Shown here: positions 38,192-50,400 of the stretch, one piece after another
Numbering within the stretch: the stretch's first letter is position 1
Layout: the number at the start of each line of letters is the position of its first letter
Assembly: GCF_002113885.1 (NCBI RefSeq)
Contig: NW_018480077.1
Span: 1,794,145-1,858,144, forward strand
DNA from: Mizuhopecten yessoensis
Lineage: Eukaryota
Reading direction: 5' to 3'
DNA: 64,000 nt
Notes under the pieces: generated by a model
What the model was told of the DNA's origin: nothing
What the model saw: only the letters and a program-made list of their open reading frames with translations
The model's database searches: none
Made by a program: the position numbers and the translations under genes

Positions 38192-38341
38192 CGGTGGTCG
38201 GGTGGTGCCATGGATAGCGCTATTGCCTTTCACCAGGTGTTCTTCCCACACTAAGACCCCCCGCTCGCTAACTTCCGAGCCAACAAGAATGATTGGTATA
38301 GGCTTAAATATTTGTTTTAAAATAGATAAAGTTAATATTAT
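38192..38341 (+). mobile_element. tRNA-derived SINE inserted in the satellite
   Basis: Head ggtcgggtggtgccatggatagcg, body ttcttcccacactaagacc, AT-rich tail; flanks aagagatta / aagtgatta. Confidence 0.7.
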
Positions 38342-38639
38342 AAGTGATTAACAAGGAATTAACGAACTTATCACACCTACAACAGAGGATTAATGAACTT
38401 ACCACACCGACAACAAGGAATTCACGAAGTTACCTCACCTATAACAGAGCATTAACGAAGTAACCACATCGACAACAAGGAATTAACGAAGTAACCTTAT
38501 TTACAACATAGGATAAAGAAACTTACCACACGGACAACAAGGAATTAACGTAGTTAACTCACCTACAACAGAGGATTAATTAACCTACCACATTGACTAC
38601 CAGGGATTAACGAAGTTACCTCACTATTTCAAGAGATTA

Positions 38640-38803
38640 GGGTGTTCTCCGATCGGACGTGAAAAGGTAGGCGTCACTTAGGTGTTCTCCGGGTTCTCCG
38701 GTTACTTCCCGCACTTAGACTCCCGCGCACTAACATCCGGGCCAACAAAACTTATTAGTATAAGCTGTACTAATTCTTGTAAAATGAATAAAGTTTATAT
38801 TAT
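38640..38803 (+). mobile_element. 5'-truncated SINE of the same family inserted in the satellite
   Basis: Core ggtgttctccgggttctccggttacttccc, tail aataaagtttatattat; aagagatta on both flanks. Confidence 0.75.
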
Positions 38804-39904
38804 AAGAGATTAACGAAATAATATAACCTCATCGATAACAAGGAATTAACGAAGTTAAATCACTTACAACAGTGGATTAATGAACTTACCACACCGACAA
38901 CAAGGAATACACGAGGTTAACTCATATACAACAGAGGATTAACGAACTTGTCACACCGACTACCAGGGATTATCGACGTTACCTCACCTACATCAAGGGA
39001 TTTACGAACCTACCACTGCGACTACTAGAGATTAACGAGCTAATAAAGCCACACCGACAACAAGGAATTAACTAAGTTACCTCACCTACAACAAAGGATT
39101 AACGAACTTACCACACTGACTACTAGGGATTAAGGAAGTTACTTCACCGACCACTTAGGACTAACGAAGTAACCAAATTGACGACTACGGCTTGACTAAG
39201 TTTCCTCGCCAACTTTCACGGATTGAGTAGTTACGTTACCGACTCCTTTGAATTACCGAATTACTTTTATCCACTATAGGGTTTACGACTACGTATAATA
39301 AGTGTTCCACTGACTTCTAGGGAGTGACTTAGTTACCTTACGAAATAAAAGAACTTATCTCGCCACTACTAGGGAGGGATTAACGAATTTAGATGTATCT
39401 TACAGACATTTTGTTAGTGTCTACTACTGAAGAAGCTATCTCACCGACTGTAAGGAATTAACGTCTTACGGTGAACGGAGTTATCTAGTCGTCCTTTAGA
39501 TATAAACCTCCACTAGGTGGTTAACGACTACCATATGTAATCATTGATATCCGCAAATCTATTGGAAATAAAACGCCACAATACGAGAACAGCAACCGCT
39601 TAATGCATTCACACAACTGTTACTATTTTTCAAGAACTGAAGACTTAAATTTAGAATCAATGAACATCACAATGAAAATGAATTTGTAAGCTTCTTACTT
39701 ACACTTGCTAGTGACACAGCAGGGACGATACGTTGTAGTTAGTAGTACTTTATAAATTGATCCATTGGTATTGTATAGCGAATAGGGACCGCGGTGACCG
39801 AGTTGTTAAGACCAGTGTGAGTTGGCTACTTATTCAATATTGGGATACTTCACGCTGGTGTGGTTAAGGCGTCTGACAATCTGCTACCACCAGCCCTCCA
39901 TCAA

Positions 39905-40025
39905 TGGAGAAAATGACAAGGTCCTTTCCTGTGTTGTCTGATTCAAATGAGGCCGCCTTGTGTGCCGTTAAAAGTTACTTTATAGCATTCTAAAAACTTC
40001 ATCATGTTTGTTATTATTTAGCATC
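39905..40025 (+). pseudogene. Fragment duplicating the last codons and 3'UTR of the C4-like gene
   Basis: aatgacaaggtcctttcctgtgttgtctgattcaaatgagg... matches 37210-37320; the last Cys codon TGT has become TGA. Confidence 0.85.
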
Positions 40026-40229
40026 ACTCTTTGTTGGATTAGATACATTGTACTTTCAAGCAAGTGTTTACAACCTAAATGTTAAAGAGGGCTGGCAGAT
40101 ACAAACCTACAATCGATGCGACACCAGCTACTTTTGTTTTATCTACAAATAGCCAGAGTGTATTTTAAATGAGATTCATCAGTTTGGTAATAATACTATA
40201 AGCAAGTTTATCGGACACAAGCAGTTATT

Positions 40230-40640
40230 AAAAACCCACAAACGTTCAAAAAAAATGTCCTTTCTCAAGTAAAGAGTGCAAGTGGCCGGTGTCTAGACTA
40301 TCCTGCAGAAAAACAACACACGTAACTACAATGTGCCGAGTAAGGTGTCCGAATAATATCGAGACATTTCGTCAAAATAGCACTTTAATACTGCAGACAT
40401 GCAGGGGGACGGCTATATTTCACCAATTCCACCCCACGGTCAATGCAAAAGGAAAACAAGACAGAGATGGTTTATCAAATTCCATGCAACAGCTGCAACC
40501 TCACACATATCGGTGAACCGAGATTTGGGACATGCCTTACAGAACGTTGGACGCCGAAGCCATAGAACAGCACGTATATACTATTACTACAAGACATATA
40601 TCGCTGCGTTATCTGTATGACCCTCTTTAACACCTACAAA
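40230..40640 (+). mobile_element. Decayed Penelope-like retroelement (GIY-YIG endonuclease remnant)
   Basis: 40467-40545 reads MVYQIPCNSCNLTHIGEPRFGTCLTE, matching the Penelope GIY-YIG pattern VY.IPC..C...YIGET.R.FGTRL.EH; upstream VAGVS-like remnant with stops. Confidence 0.7.
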
Positions 40641-41496
40641 GGGGCAAGGGTTTCTGTTGTATGCTGTTAAAGTTTCCTTATCCAATTATAATAAAGCTGC
40701 CTCATGTATTACTACCAGCTGGTGTCTACTATGCAATGACTGAGTTATCTCGACAATGAATGAGTTTAATCGAAATTATCATACAAACTAAGGAATACGT
40801 TATTTCTTCACTACAAGGATTTGACGAAGTAACCACACCGACTACTAGGTAGTAAATTTGTTACCATACATGGTTAACACTATAGTGTACCAATTGAAAA
40901 CGTAAGTTTAACATTCATGACCAATTGATGAACCAATCATCCATAAACTTGTGACCTATATCCGTAGTCAGACACTTGTAAGTGAGACTGTCAAATTGTG
41001 ATGATTGACCAATGTCAAAACACACTATGTATAATACATGGTTTTTATTACATATTTATTATTTTGTTTGACATACAAAAACATAATAAGAACACCAATG
41101 TTATATAACGAATATCATAAGATACCTCATAAAATCCCACGAATCAACCGTTAAGATTGATACCGTCGATAAATAACAACATATTTCATTTAAACATTAT
41201 CCTAGACTATCACTGCATCGAGATGAGTATCAACAATAAATGGAGATACATCCATACCATAGTGTCCCTTTTTGTATCAATAATATATGTAGGTTACATA
41301 TTATTTCATATATATATATATCAATAGACTGTTCTCTCTTCTTTAAGGCTCGGTGTTTGATTCGCATGAGGTAGCTAATAAATCTGTCCATTCTCCAGTC
41401 ACAATGCATAGATTACAATTGAAAGATCCATATATTTTACCGTAAAATGTACCGTTTTAATAATGTGAAATTTACCATTACGTTTAAGCTACCCTT

Positions 41497-44400
41497 TTAT
41501 ACAATGGTTCTTCTTTGGTAGGAACCAGGATTTTGGTAATCAGTACTGCGGCATGGCATTTCCTTTCTGAAGTATGTATCAGCATTGATGCAGTCAGTAT
41601 CCCGGTACGGGGTCTCCGTCCGGTAGTGAGTATCAGCGATGCTGTTGTAAGTATCATCGGTGCAGCAGCGAGTACCACGGCGTGGGGTTTCCCTCCTTTG
41701 GAATGTATCGATAGTACTACAGGCAGTAGCAAAGTGAGGGATTTCCCTCCTGTTATAGGCATCAGTGTCGCTGCAGTCATAATCACGGCGCGGGGTTTCC
41801 TTCCTGTGGTAGGCATCAGTGGTGCTGCAGCGAGTACCACGGCGTGGGATTTCCTTCCTGTTGTAGCCACCAGTGGTTCCGCTGTCAGATCCACAGATTG
41901 GAATGTCCTTCCTGTACCGTATTGTGTCCGGGTTAGTCGCTTCAGTTGGACTATCTTTTACATCACCTATCACAGACGATAAAAGAAATATTTTTATTCT
42001 GCAATTAACACGGAAAAGGTCGGATAACCCGACATTGAATTAACTGCACGTGTGGTTGTAAACTACAACCGTACATTAATGTGGGCACAATCTACAAAAA
42101 TGACACTATCTTTTACAACTGGACAGCAATGTTGAATTTAGATAAAGCAACTTTCAAATGCTTTATTTGAAACAGATCATACATTTCAAAATGGTGATCG
42201 TTCCCACATGTACATTACATATCTTGGCACATTAATATATCTTTTAGCAAAACTGTAAGATAACGTCACTATAGGTTTTTCGCTACAATTTTATCATATT
42301 CAACATAAAGCTATAACTGTTCTATCTTTTTGAAATAATCCCTGCATTGATATTGAAAATTGAAGGGTTGAGTATAGTTATTCGTTTTATAGTTGATGTT
42401 GCTAAAGAACGCAAGTTTCTCGTTTCCTTCCTTTACATGACAACGGAGAGCTATCGAGATATAATAAAAAGATTATCTTTAGTTGTGGAAAATTAAACCT
42501 ACTCAATCAAACATAACTAACCTCTGTTTGGACGTGTTGACAAATATTTGGTTGTAAAATATCTGTTTTTGATAACAGTATGCTTAGGCGTTTCTTCGAT
42601 GTGATCCGGAGTTCCATCATTGCCGTCTGGACGTAGTGTTGCATCCTCCTCGAGGTGTTCAGCTGGATACAGAGGTTCTAAACAAAGAATTCATCGGTGT
42701 TTGTAATATAACAGAGATTATTGTTCTATTTATTTATGGTTAATTTGTTTGTGCATGCATTGAAGATTGTCGCCAATCGAGGTTTTTCAATCACAACACT
42801 GTAAATGACATACCCTGATCATGGCGTCTGGCCAGGTATTTAGCGGTGAACTGGCGACTCCTGTGGGATGCATTTGGTTGAGAATCTTGACAACCTGCTT
42901 CTTGTTCTGTTCTAACATCAGGAGTACCATCGGAACTCCTTGGAAAGGGTTCAAGAGGAGCTGTGAATATTTAATGTGTGTAAAATACTTCGTAAGCTTT
43001 AATCATTGTAAATGTGAGAAATGTAACGCAGTTGTGAAAAATAAAGTGACACTGTACTAAATAATAAAAAAATACAAAAGGTATACTTGTATAACTATGA
43101 TAAAAGGTACTATAACTATCTACATTTGAAAGCAGTGTATAATTATGAAACAACACTAACTTATACAAGATAGATAGGAAACAGCATTATAATTGTATAA
43201 CAATGATACATACATATTTCTGTACAGTATAATCTGAAAACAATTCAATTAATAGCTTTTTTATATAACCGCTGAATATCTAATAAGGGAAGAAATAAAT
43301 GTCTTATAATGATATATTAACAGTTTACGGTCTCTTTTGGTAAAATATGTATTACTCCTGTGTAAATAAAACATAACTATTTGATTCCGCTCTCTGAAAA
43401 TCAATAAATTTTATGTAAACTGTATAAATATCGCACAGACATTATACTTTATGAATATGATACATGTATAAAAAAAGGTTTTAGCTGTGTTAAACTTAAA
43501 CAAGAGTTATGATACAAATAAGGTACCTGTAGTGTTGTGTCTGGCTAAGTATTTAGCTGTGTACCGTCTCTCCCTGACCAGTGGTGTTTTCTGGCACTGA
43601 TCGGTTATGTTGGCATCGCCGTTAGCAATTATTCGTTCAGTTGTACAGACATTCGCACCAACTGACGCTGTATAAAAGAGAAAACATAAACCTTTAAAAC
43701 TGTGATTAGGATACAATGGAAAGATAAAAAAAAAAACCACACATTTTCGAAATCAGAATATAGTGCAAAACTCTTAGTCCTCTGACCGCAGACTGTTAAA
43801 CACATGTACAGACATCTTAAAGTCAATATTATTGAATTACATTTATTACACTGTTACTTATCAACAGAACGATTCTAGAGTAAATGTCATTGATAAAATA
43901 CAATGATCTTGAATACAACAAACTGGCACTTCATAGCTGAATGCCTGGTTTATAAGGTTTTTCACTGTGTGTGGTCAGTGGTAATGACTTACCTTTCTTT
44001 TTTGACAGGTACTTGGTTGTAAAACGTTTACTCAAGGTACTACGTTTGACGTTTTCATCACGAATTGTTGTATTGTTATGTTCTGTGGCAATGGATTCTT
44101 CTTTAATCTTGTCATCATGCGACGGTTGAAAATCTGAAATCGAAAAACATCAAAGAAAAATAAAACACAAAAATTATAGAAATACAAGTATCAGTAGGAA
44201 TCTACGTAACACAAATACAATGCGTCAATAATCATAGAATTGCAAATGACATAGTATAAACTGATTAATACAAATTAAAATATTTAGAAAAGTCGGCAGT
44301 TTACAAAAAGCGTTAGCACACAACGGCAAAGTCAGATTACCCAACTGATACTGTAAGACAACAATAGGAACCGCGCAAGAAACAAAACCTTGGAACACGG

Positions 44401-47400
44401 GCAAAACTAAGTGCTTTGCACGTTTCCTGAGCTACAAAGGCCTCCCGTCAATATTAATTGCGGGAGATTAGTATATTACTTTTACAGAGAAATGAACCTT
44501 AATATCTTGACATTACAGAATTGTCACACTAAGTTAAAGTCAGGGTATGCTACATGAACTCCCATTAACTATTGAAGCTTAAACTAAATGTCCTTTGATA
44601 GTGCATGCTACCAGTCCCACAAGCAATACTCATCATGATATGTACTGCCAAATTGTGAGCATGTCTTTAATATTTACGAAATCCGGTTACTTAAAACATA
44701 GATCATGAAGTGAAAATATGATAGTTGAAAATTACAAGTACCTTTCCTGTACTGATTCTGGACGAGTTGCTCTTTGCCTGAGTTACAATATGTTAGGTAG
44801 GAGCCTAGATCAAACGGGGAAATTCCAACGACATCGTCAGTCTTTTCGGGAGAGACGACCTCCAAACGGTGTGATTCCGTAATATCCGATGATAAGCCGG
44901 CTGATTTCTTCAGAGCGCCACCTGGTGACAGGTTATCCTGGTCTCTGCTGTCACGCCTTGGTGATTTATCATGATCTTTGCTGTTATTACTTTCGTTGAG
45001 ATGAGAGTGAGAAGTGTTCCGATCATCTTCTTCCTTCATTAAAATCGTCATAAAGTTTGATGTCATAGCTGTTCTCATGCTCGTGTCTGTTGTTGGGGTA
45101 CCGTCAAAAATTTCTCTTTGGTCAGAACTTAGGTTAGGTGCAAACAGAACATCTTCAAGGAAATAACATGGTTTTAAGTCATACAACAATTTAATGTCAC
45201 AAATAAATAGGTTATATTGTTCACGCATCTTATTCAGAATGAAAATACCTAACTTACGTTTTATTGTTTTAAATATATAGCAGTGAAACCGGATTACTTC
45301 AGAATCTGCTAATCCGGAAAAGTATAGCAAGCTCCTTTCGATTATATAATGTTTTATAAAGGAGCTCAATGGGTTTCATAAAAAATAGATCAAACCGAAA
45401 CGAGTTTAAGAGTCGTGTTATCATATGACGTGATAATAATGAGTGATAGCCATCTCAAATGATAATACAGTAAAGTAACTTCTTAACAGTGTAAATCGTA
45501 CCATTGAAAAACTCGATAGTTTAGTACTATGAAAATGTATAAAGTTATTCTATCATCAGGGTATCATATATCTGCAATCATTGGGAGAAAAGAAACGCTA
45601 CATATCTCACCTTTGATTCTCCTGTAAGTGTTGTTGCACTCGGGTGGTCCTGTATCATACTGGGGGTCCAAAAGGAAATCATGGCCATCCTTCGTAAGAT
45701 CTATGTTTGAAGATTCTTCATAAGTTAATTTTCTGCTGGATGCAATATCCACCTCAACTTTGCGGTCTAGTATGTCTTCATCTGTCGAGCTCTCATAGCT
45801 GTAATCTTGAAAATCTGTAAAACAAAAGTGTAAGTGCAGTTACATAGCAGCAAATTATTCAGCAAGAAAACTACATGTTACCGTCTATTTCATTCTAATA
45901 ATAAGAGCATGCAGTCTTTGTTTACATTTTAAAAGGGACATGCACAGTTTTCTCTATTTTGTTTAATAGTATTACCTCCATCGGAAGAAATGTTGTTGTC
46001 ATTCCTCAATCCTGAAATATCATCACTTAGGTAGATACAAGGAATGCTGAAATCTTCGTCTGATGATTTAGCGTCTTCAGCATGTTTCGCTTTTGTTACA
46101 TTTCTGCTGCCCTCATCAAAATCTAAATCTGAAATGCATGCTACTGGGGCTTGTTTGCTCATTGGTCTTGTTTGGGCACCAGTACCGCAGTTGTCCTCGA
46201 AAATGAGTTCATCAACTTCTTCAACAAGCTCAGCCTTCGATAACTTGTTGCTGTCGTCGTTGAAATCCAAAACGGAAATGCCTCTTTCTTGGACAGGATC
46301 ACTATTTGTTATTGTTTCTGTATCCTTGCCAGTAACAAAAATATCTTTGAGCCTCACGTTAGGAAAATTGCGGACTTCGTCATTCTCATACGCCATATCA
46401 CTGTTTTTTGTCTTGGGTACATAGTCTGTATCGGGATCTTCATTTATCTGAAAGGGGCCAGAGGAATCGGGCATTGATACATTATTTTGTTGAACACCAG
46501 TTTTATTGCCTAAGAGCCCTCTTTTCATTTCATGATGATTGCATTCAATTCGATCGTCATCTGATGATGTCTCATACGTGTAACCATGGAAATCTGCAAA
46601 ATTAAAAAAGGGGGAAATATCATATTTGCAGGAAAAAAAACCATTTCCCCAATATTTTTATGTTTAAAAAGATTGGATGGTAAAACTGAAACCCATATAA
46701 TTTTCCTTACATAACAGCAATCTTTTCCTGATCATGAGTAATGTTACGGTGGATGAGCAAATAATCAATGAACTTTATTTATCTTATAACAATTATGACA
46801 CAACATTTTTTCCAGTTTACATAAATCGCACTTGTTGGCCCGGATGGAAGCGCACAGAGACTCTAAATATGGTAGAAAACTGCGCAGGTAACCAATTACC
46901 TTTTAACTTCTAATTGGAAATCGAATCCAGGCCGTATTGGTGAATGGTGAGTACACTATCCACTGCGCCATCTGACCACTCTCAAATTAGTCGATCCCCT
47001 CCCAATAAAGTTAAGGAAAGTTAAGAATTATAAAATAGAGATAAGATCAATATCATATGAGCACACTTCTGCCTTGGTTACACAAATTGCATTGTTATTT
47101 TAAGTGTTTTTTTTTTTATAAACTAACAACATAAACTATTACCGTCTATAGATGGAATTCCTCTTGCTAATCTGTCCGATCGAACCAAAGCATGGTTTGT
47201 GGGCATCTCTTCGTTTGAAGAACCAGCACAGCTATCATCCTGAAAGTCTGAATGAAGAACGTTCAGGTATATAAATAATATTCATTAATCATTCAATGAA
47301 ACAAAAACAAAAAAATCTCAATATTCTAAAACCGATCAGTTTTAAAAGCATCAGAAAATGTTGTTACCTCCAACTGATGAAATGCTTCTAGCCTCCAAGT

Positions 47401-50400
47401 CAGAGTTATAGTCCATTAAATCAATACATGAAATATCTTCGTCATCCGATCTTTCAATCCCAGCATTGTGCCTATATTTTGTCGACTCATCCAATTTCTG
47501 AGATAAAGTTACTTCTATTTGATCACGATCAGATGCTCTTCTTGACTCAGGATTTGGGCTGTTTGCAGCATTCCTCTTTTCCTTTTGTTCGGGTATCAGA
47601 CTTATAACTTCAACTGTATCAGCCACGTAATAAATATCCTTGCTAGGGTCAGAACTCTGGTGAATTTCAACTTTATCAGGTTCATCTTTAGCGACGAATT
47701 TTGAAATGTTTTTGTTTTCCTTGGTCAGATCCTCATTAGAACACCCCTTGTAACTAGGTGTGTCCTGGCGTACCAATGTATTCAGATGATCTTCGTTTCC
47801 TACTTCATTTAAATCACTGGTGGTGCTGTCACTGTCCCAATCGCAAAGATTGGATTCAAAACATCCAGACTGTTTTTCTTTCGAATCTTTTGAAAATCCA
47901 CCGATTACAACATTTTCCTCTTCTGTATATTGACTGCTCTCATCAATCTCAGGGAAAGATATTCTTTTGGGGGATGGTATGTCCTGTTTGGTCGCATTTC
48001 CAGCGATATTTGATTCTGGGGAATGTTTCCTTCTGTTATCAGGACCTTTCTCTGTGAATTCTTAAAAAAGAAAAAAGAATGTCATTTTGAAAACCTCGTT
48101 ATACTGCCATCGTTAACTATAGATACGTTATGAAATAGTTTGGCGGTCATCAAAGACACGTTCATAGAAATTGTTGAGAAAAAAGAGGTGGAAGAAATAC
48201 GAGTATAATACTGTGACAATCATGAAACCGAAAAACATTACAATGAAGTTTTGCTGTACCATAAGGTGAATTGTCATAACCCGGAATGGAGTTTTTTCGA
48301 GCCAGGAAACAAAGTACTACCTTGTGCCGATGCATCCTTTCCGTACGGAGTACTTTTCCCTGGCTCACTGTCTCCATCACTATCCCCGTCAAAACTGTCG
48401 TCTCGTGACTCCTGATCCTTTGCAGCAGGTTTGTATTCTAAAGCAGTTTGATCCAATGCTTCATTTGGATATATCTTGGATCCGTTTCTGTTTTCCAGAT
48501 CATATCTGTCTGCAGCCGCCAGACCAATATCTGTATCATTGTTAGTGAATGCGTTGACAGAAGATTCCTTCCTTCCATGGTCCTCAGAATGCGCAAGTAT
48601 ATCTTGAAGAGAAAAGACTTGTCAATTAATTATACATTTCTTTGAAACGTGGGAAAGACGAGTACCTCAATAAACTGGCATAACAGTAGTGATTTAAAGA
48701 CGTACTCCTTTTTGATACCAATTTCAGCTAATGCAAAATCTGAACTAAAAGATTGTATTGCCAAACGTAATCATTTTTCGTGATCACCAGAAAGTTTTTT
48801 TCGTGAAGACCAATAAACATTTTTCAGGTGAGACTATTATGTACATCTGACCTGCAGGTGTTTTCCTGCATAAATTTACTTATAATTGGTGTTGGGCTGT
48901 AAAAAGCCCCATTTGGCATCAATCCGTTTACCGTTTAACAAAGCTTCTGTCCACTTTTTGTCATCTAAATCATCGCTGTCACTATCCCCTTCCGATAGGA
49001 GTGCGGAATTCGGATATTTTACAGGTAGTTTTCCAGTTATCTCACGATGTCCCGGTGATCTACGATCAGATTTGCATGCATTCTGTGCTAAACTCGGTTT
49101 CTGATGGTCGAACTCGTATTTCACACTTGATGCCAACGATTCTTCATCATCATCGCAGAAAGATTTCTGATTTGCTACAAAATGCACATAATCATAAATT
49201 AAAACTTCAGAATCTATTCATTTGTTAAATTCGTTTCCTCTTTTGTCTGGTCATATACATTACCATTTAATTACACTTATTCCAAGTTCCATTGAAACTT
49301 TCTTCTTGTACATAAATTAATAATGAAATCAAAATTAATTCAATATCAGCCGATATATTTCGTTCCGGTATCTGAACTTCCAAAGTTTATATCAATTTCT
49401 AGAATCACAGTTTGTTAACCCTATGACCATTGAATACATGTCTTATTGCATAAAACTATACAATGACGGATTACCGTGTTGCGTTGAATCCTTTCCAATA
49501 AAACTACTGCTCTTCGGTTTTTCTGCTTCACTCTCTTCGTCATTATCCCAGTCAAAATCGGAATCAATGTCTTGTACCATATCAAGCAGTTCATCTTTTG
49601 TAGTAGGGTTTTTCTCACTACATTGGTGTATTTGGTGTGTTCCATCGGTAGGAATAGCAGTTGAGCCATGGTCAGCAACTGCTAACGGAACATTGGGAAC
49701 ATTCCCCTCCATATCGGACATAGCGATGTTTGCTAACTGTCTTTCCTGACCATCGATTGACATCGACATATCTACAAAAAACGACAAAATCAATTGTATC
49801 TCTAAAAAGGTTGTTACCATGACAATGTGTTCAGTCAATTCCTAGTTAGATATTATCTATTAACTTAATGAAAAGGTATCTAATCATTCTGTTTTGAGTG
49901 ACAGATATTTTGTAGATTAGTAACGTCAGCACTTCGCAGAATATCTGTCTGTTGTCAATTACCTTGTATAGACGGTTGGTCTTCCAAAGGGTCGCTGTCA
50001 CTATCCCAGTTCGAGTCGGAACCCTGTTTTGGTTCTCCTCTTAATGTCTTTTCTTTAAAAGCTGTCTTCTCTTCTGACGATTTATGTTCAATTAATATAT
50101 TGGAAGGTGATCCAGTAATATTTGTGTGATCAGAAATATCATTGTTCGTCAGAGAGTTGTGTTTATCTTTTGTCAGGGAAAGGATTACAGCTGATTCCTT
50201 CATTTTGTGATCTGCAGGAAAACAATATTTTTACTGTCAATCATGTTTTTCTTTATTTAATTCATTACAATAATATAGTATAACCTATCAAACTGATATT
50301 CACTAAACGTTAGAGTTTTGCTGGTAGTTGCAAGTGCATTCAGGGAATGATAATTATGGTTACATGAAAGTATCACATTTACACATATACCAATCCCCTG

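Larger units (their letters stand above)
37540..39330. repeat. 31-bp satellite array with 62-bp dimeric substructure
   Basis: Unit gggattaacgaagttacctcaccgactacca; alternating acctcacctacaacaga / accacaccgacaacaa variants; another remnant at about 40740-40850. Confidence 0.9.

Noticed and set aside
37540-39330. 31-bp repeats as CRISPR or coding repeat
   Set aside because: No spacers and no sustained ORF; a degenerate satellite.
41484-41982. Overlapping ORFs in three frames (41484-41894 minus, 41515-41982 plus)
   Set aside because: By-product of the 54-bp repeat; only the 41497 frame joins the upstream exon in phase.
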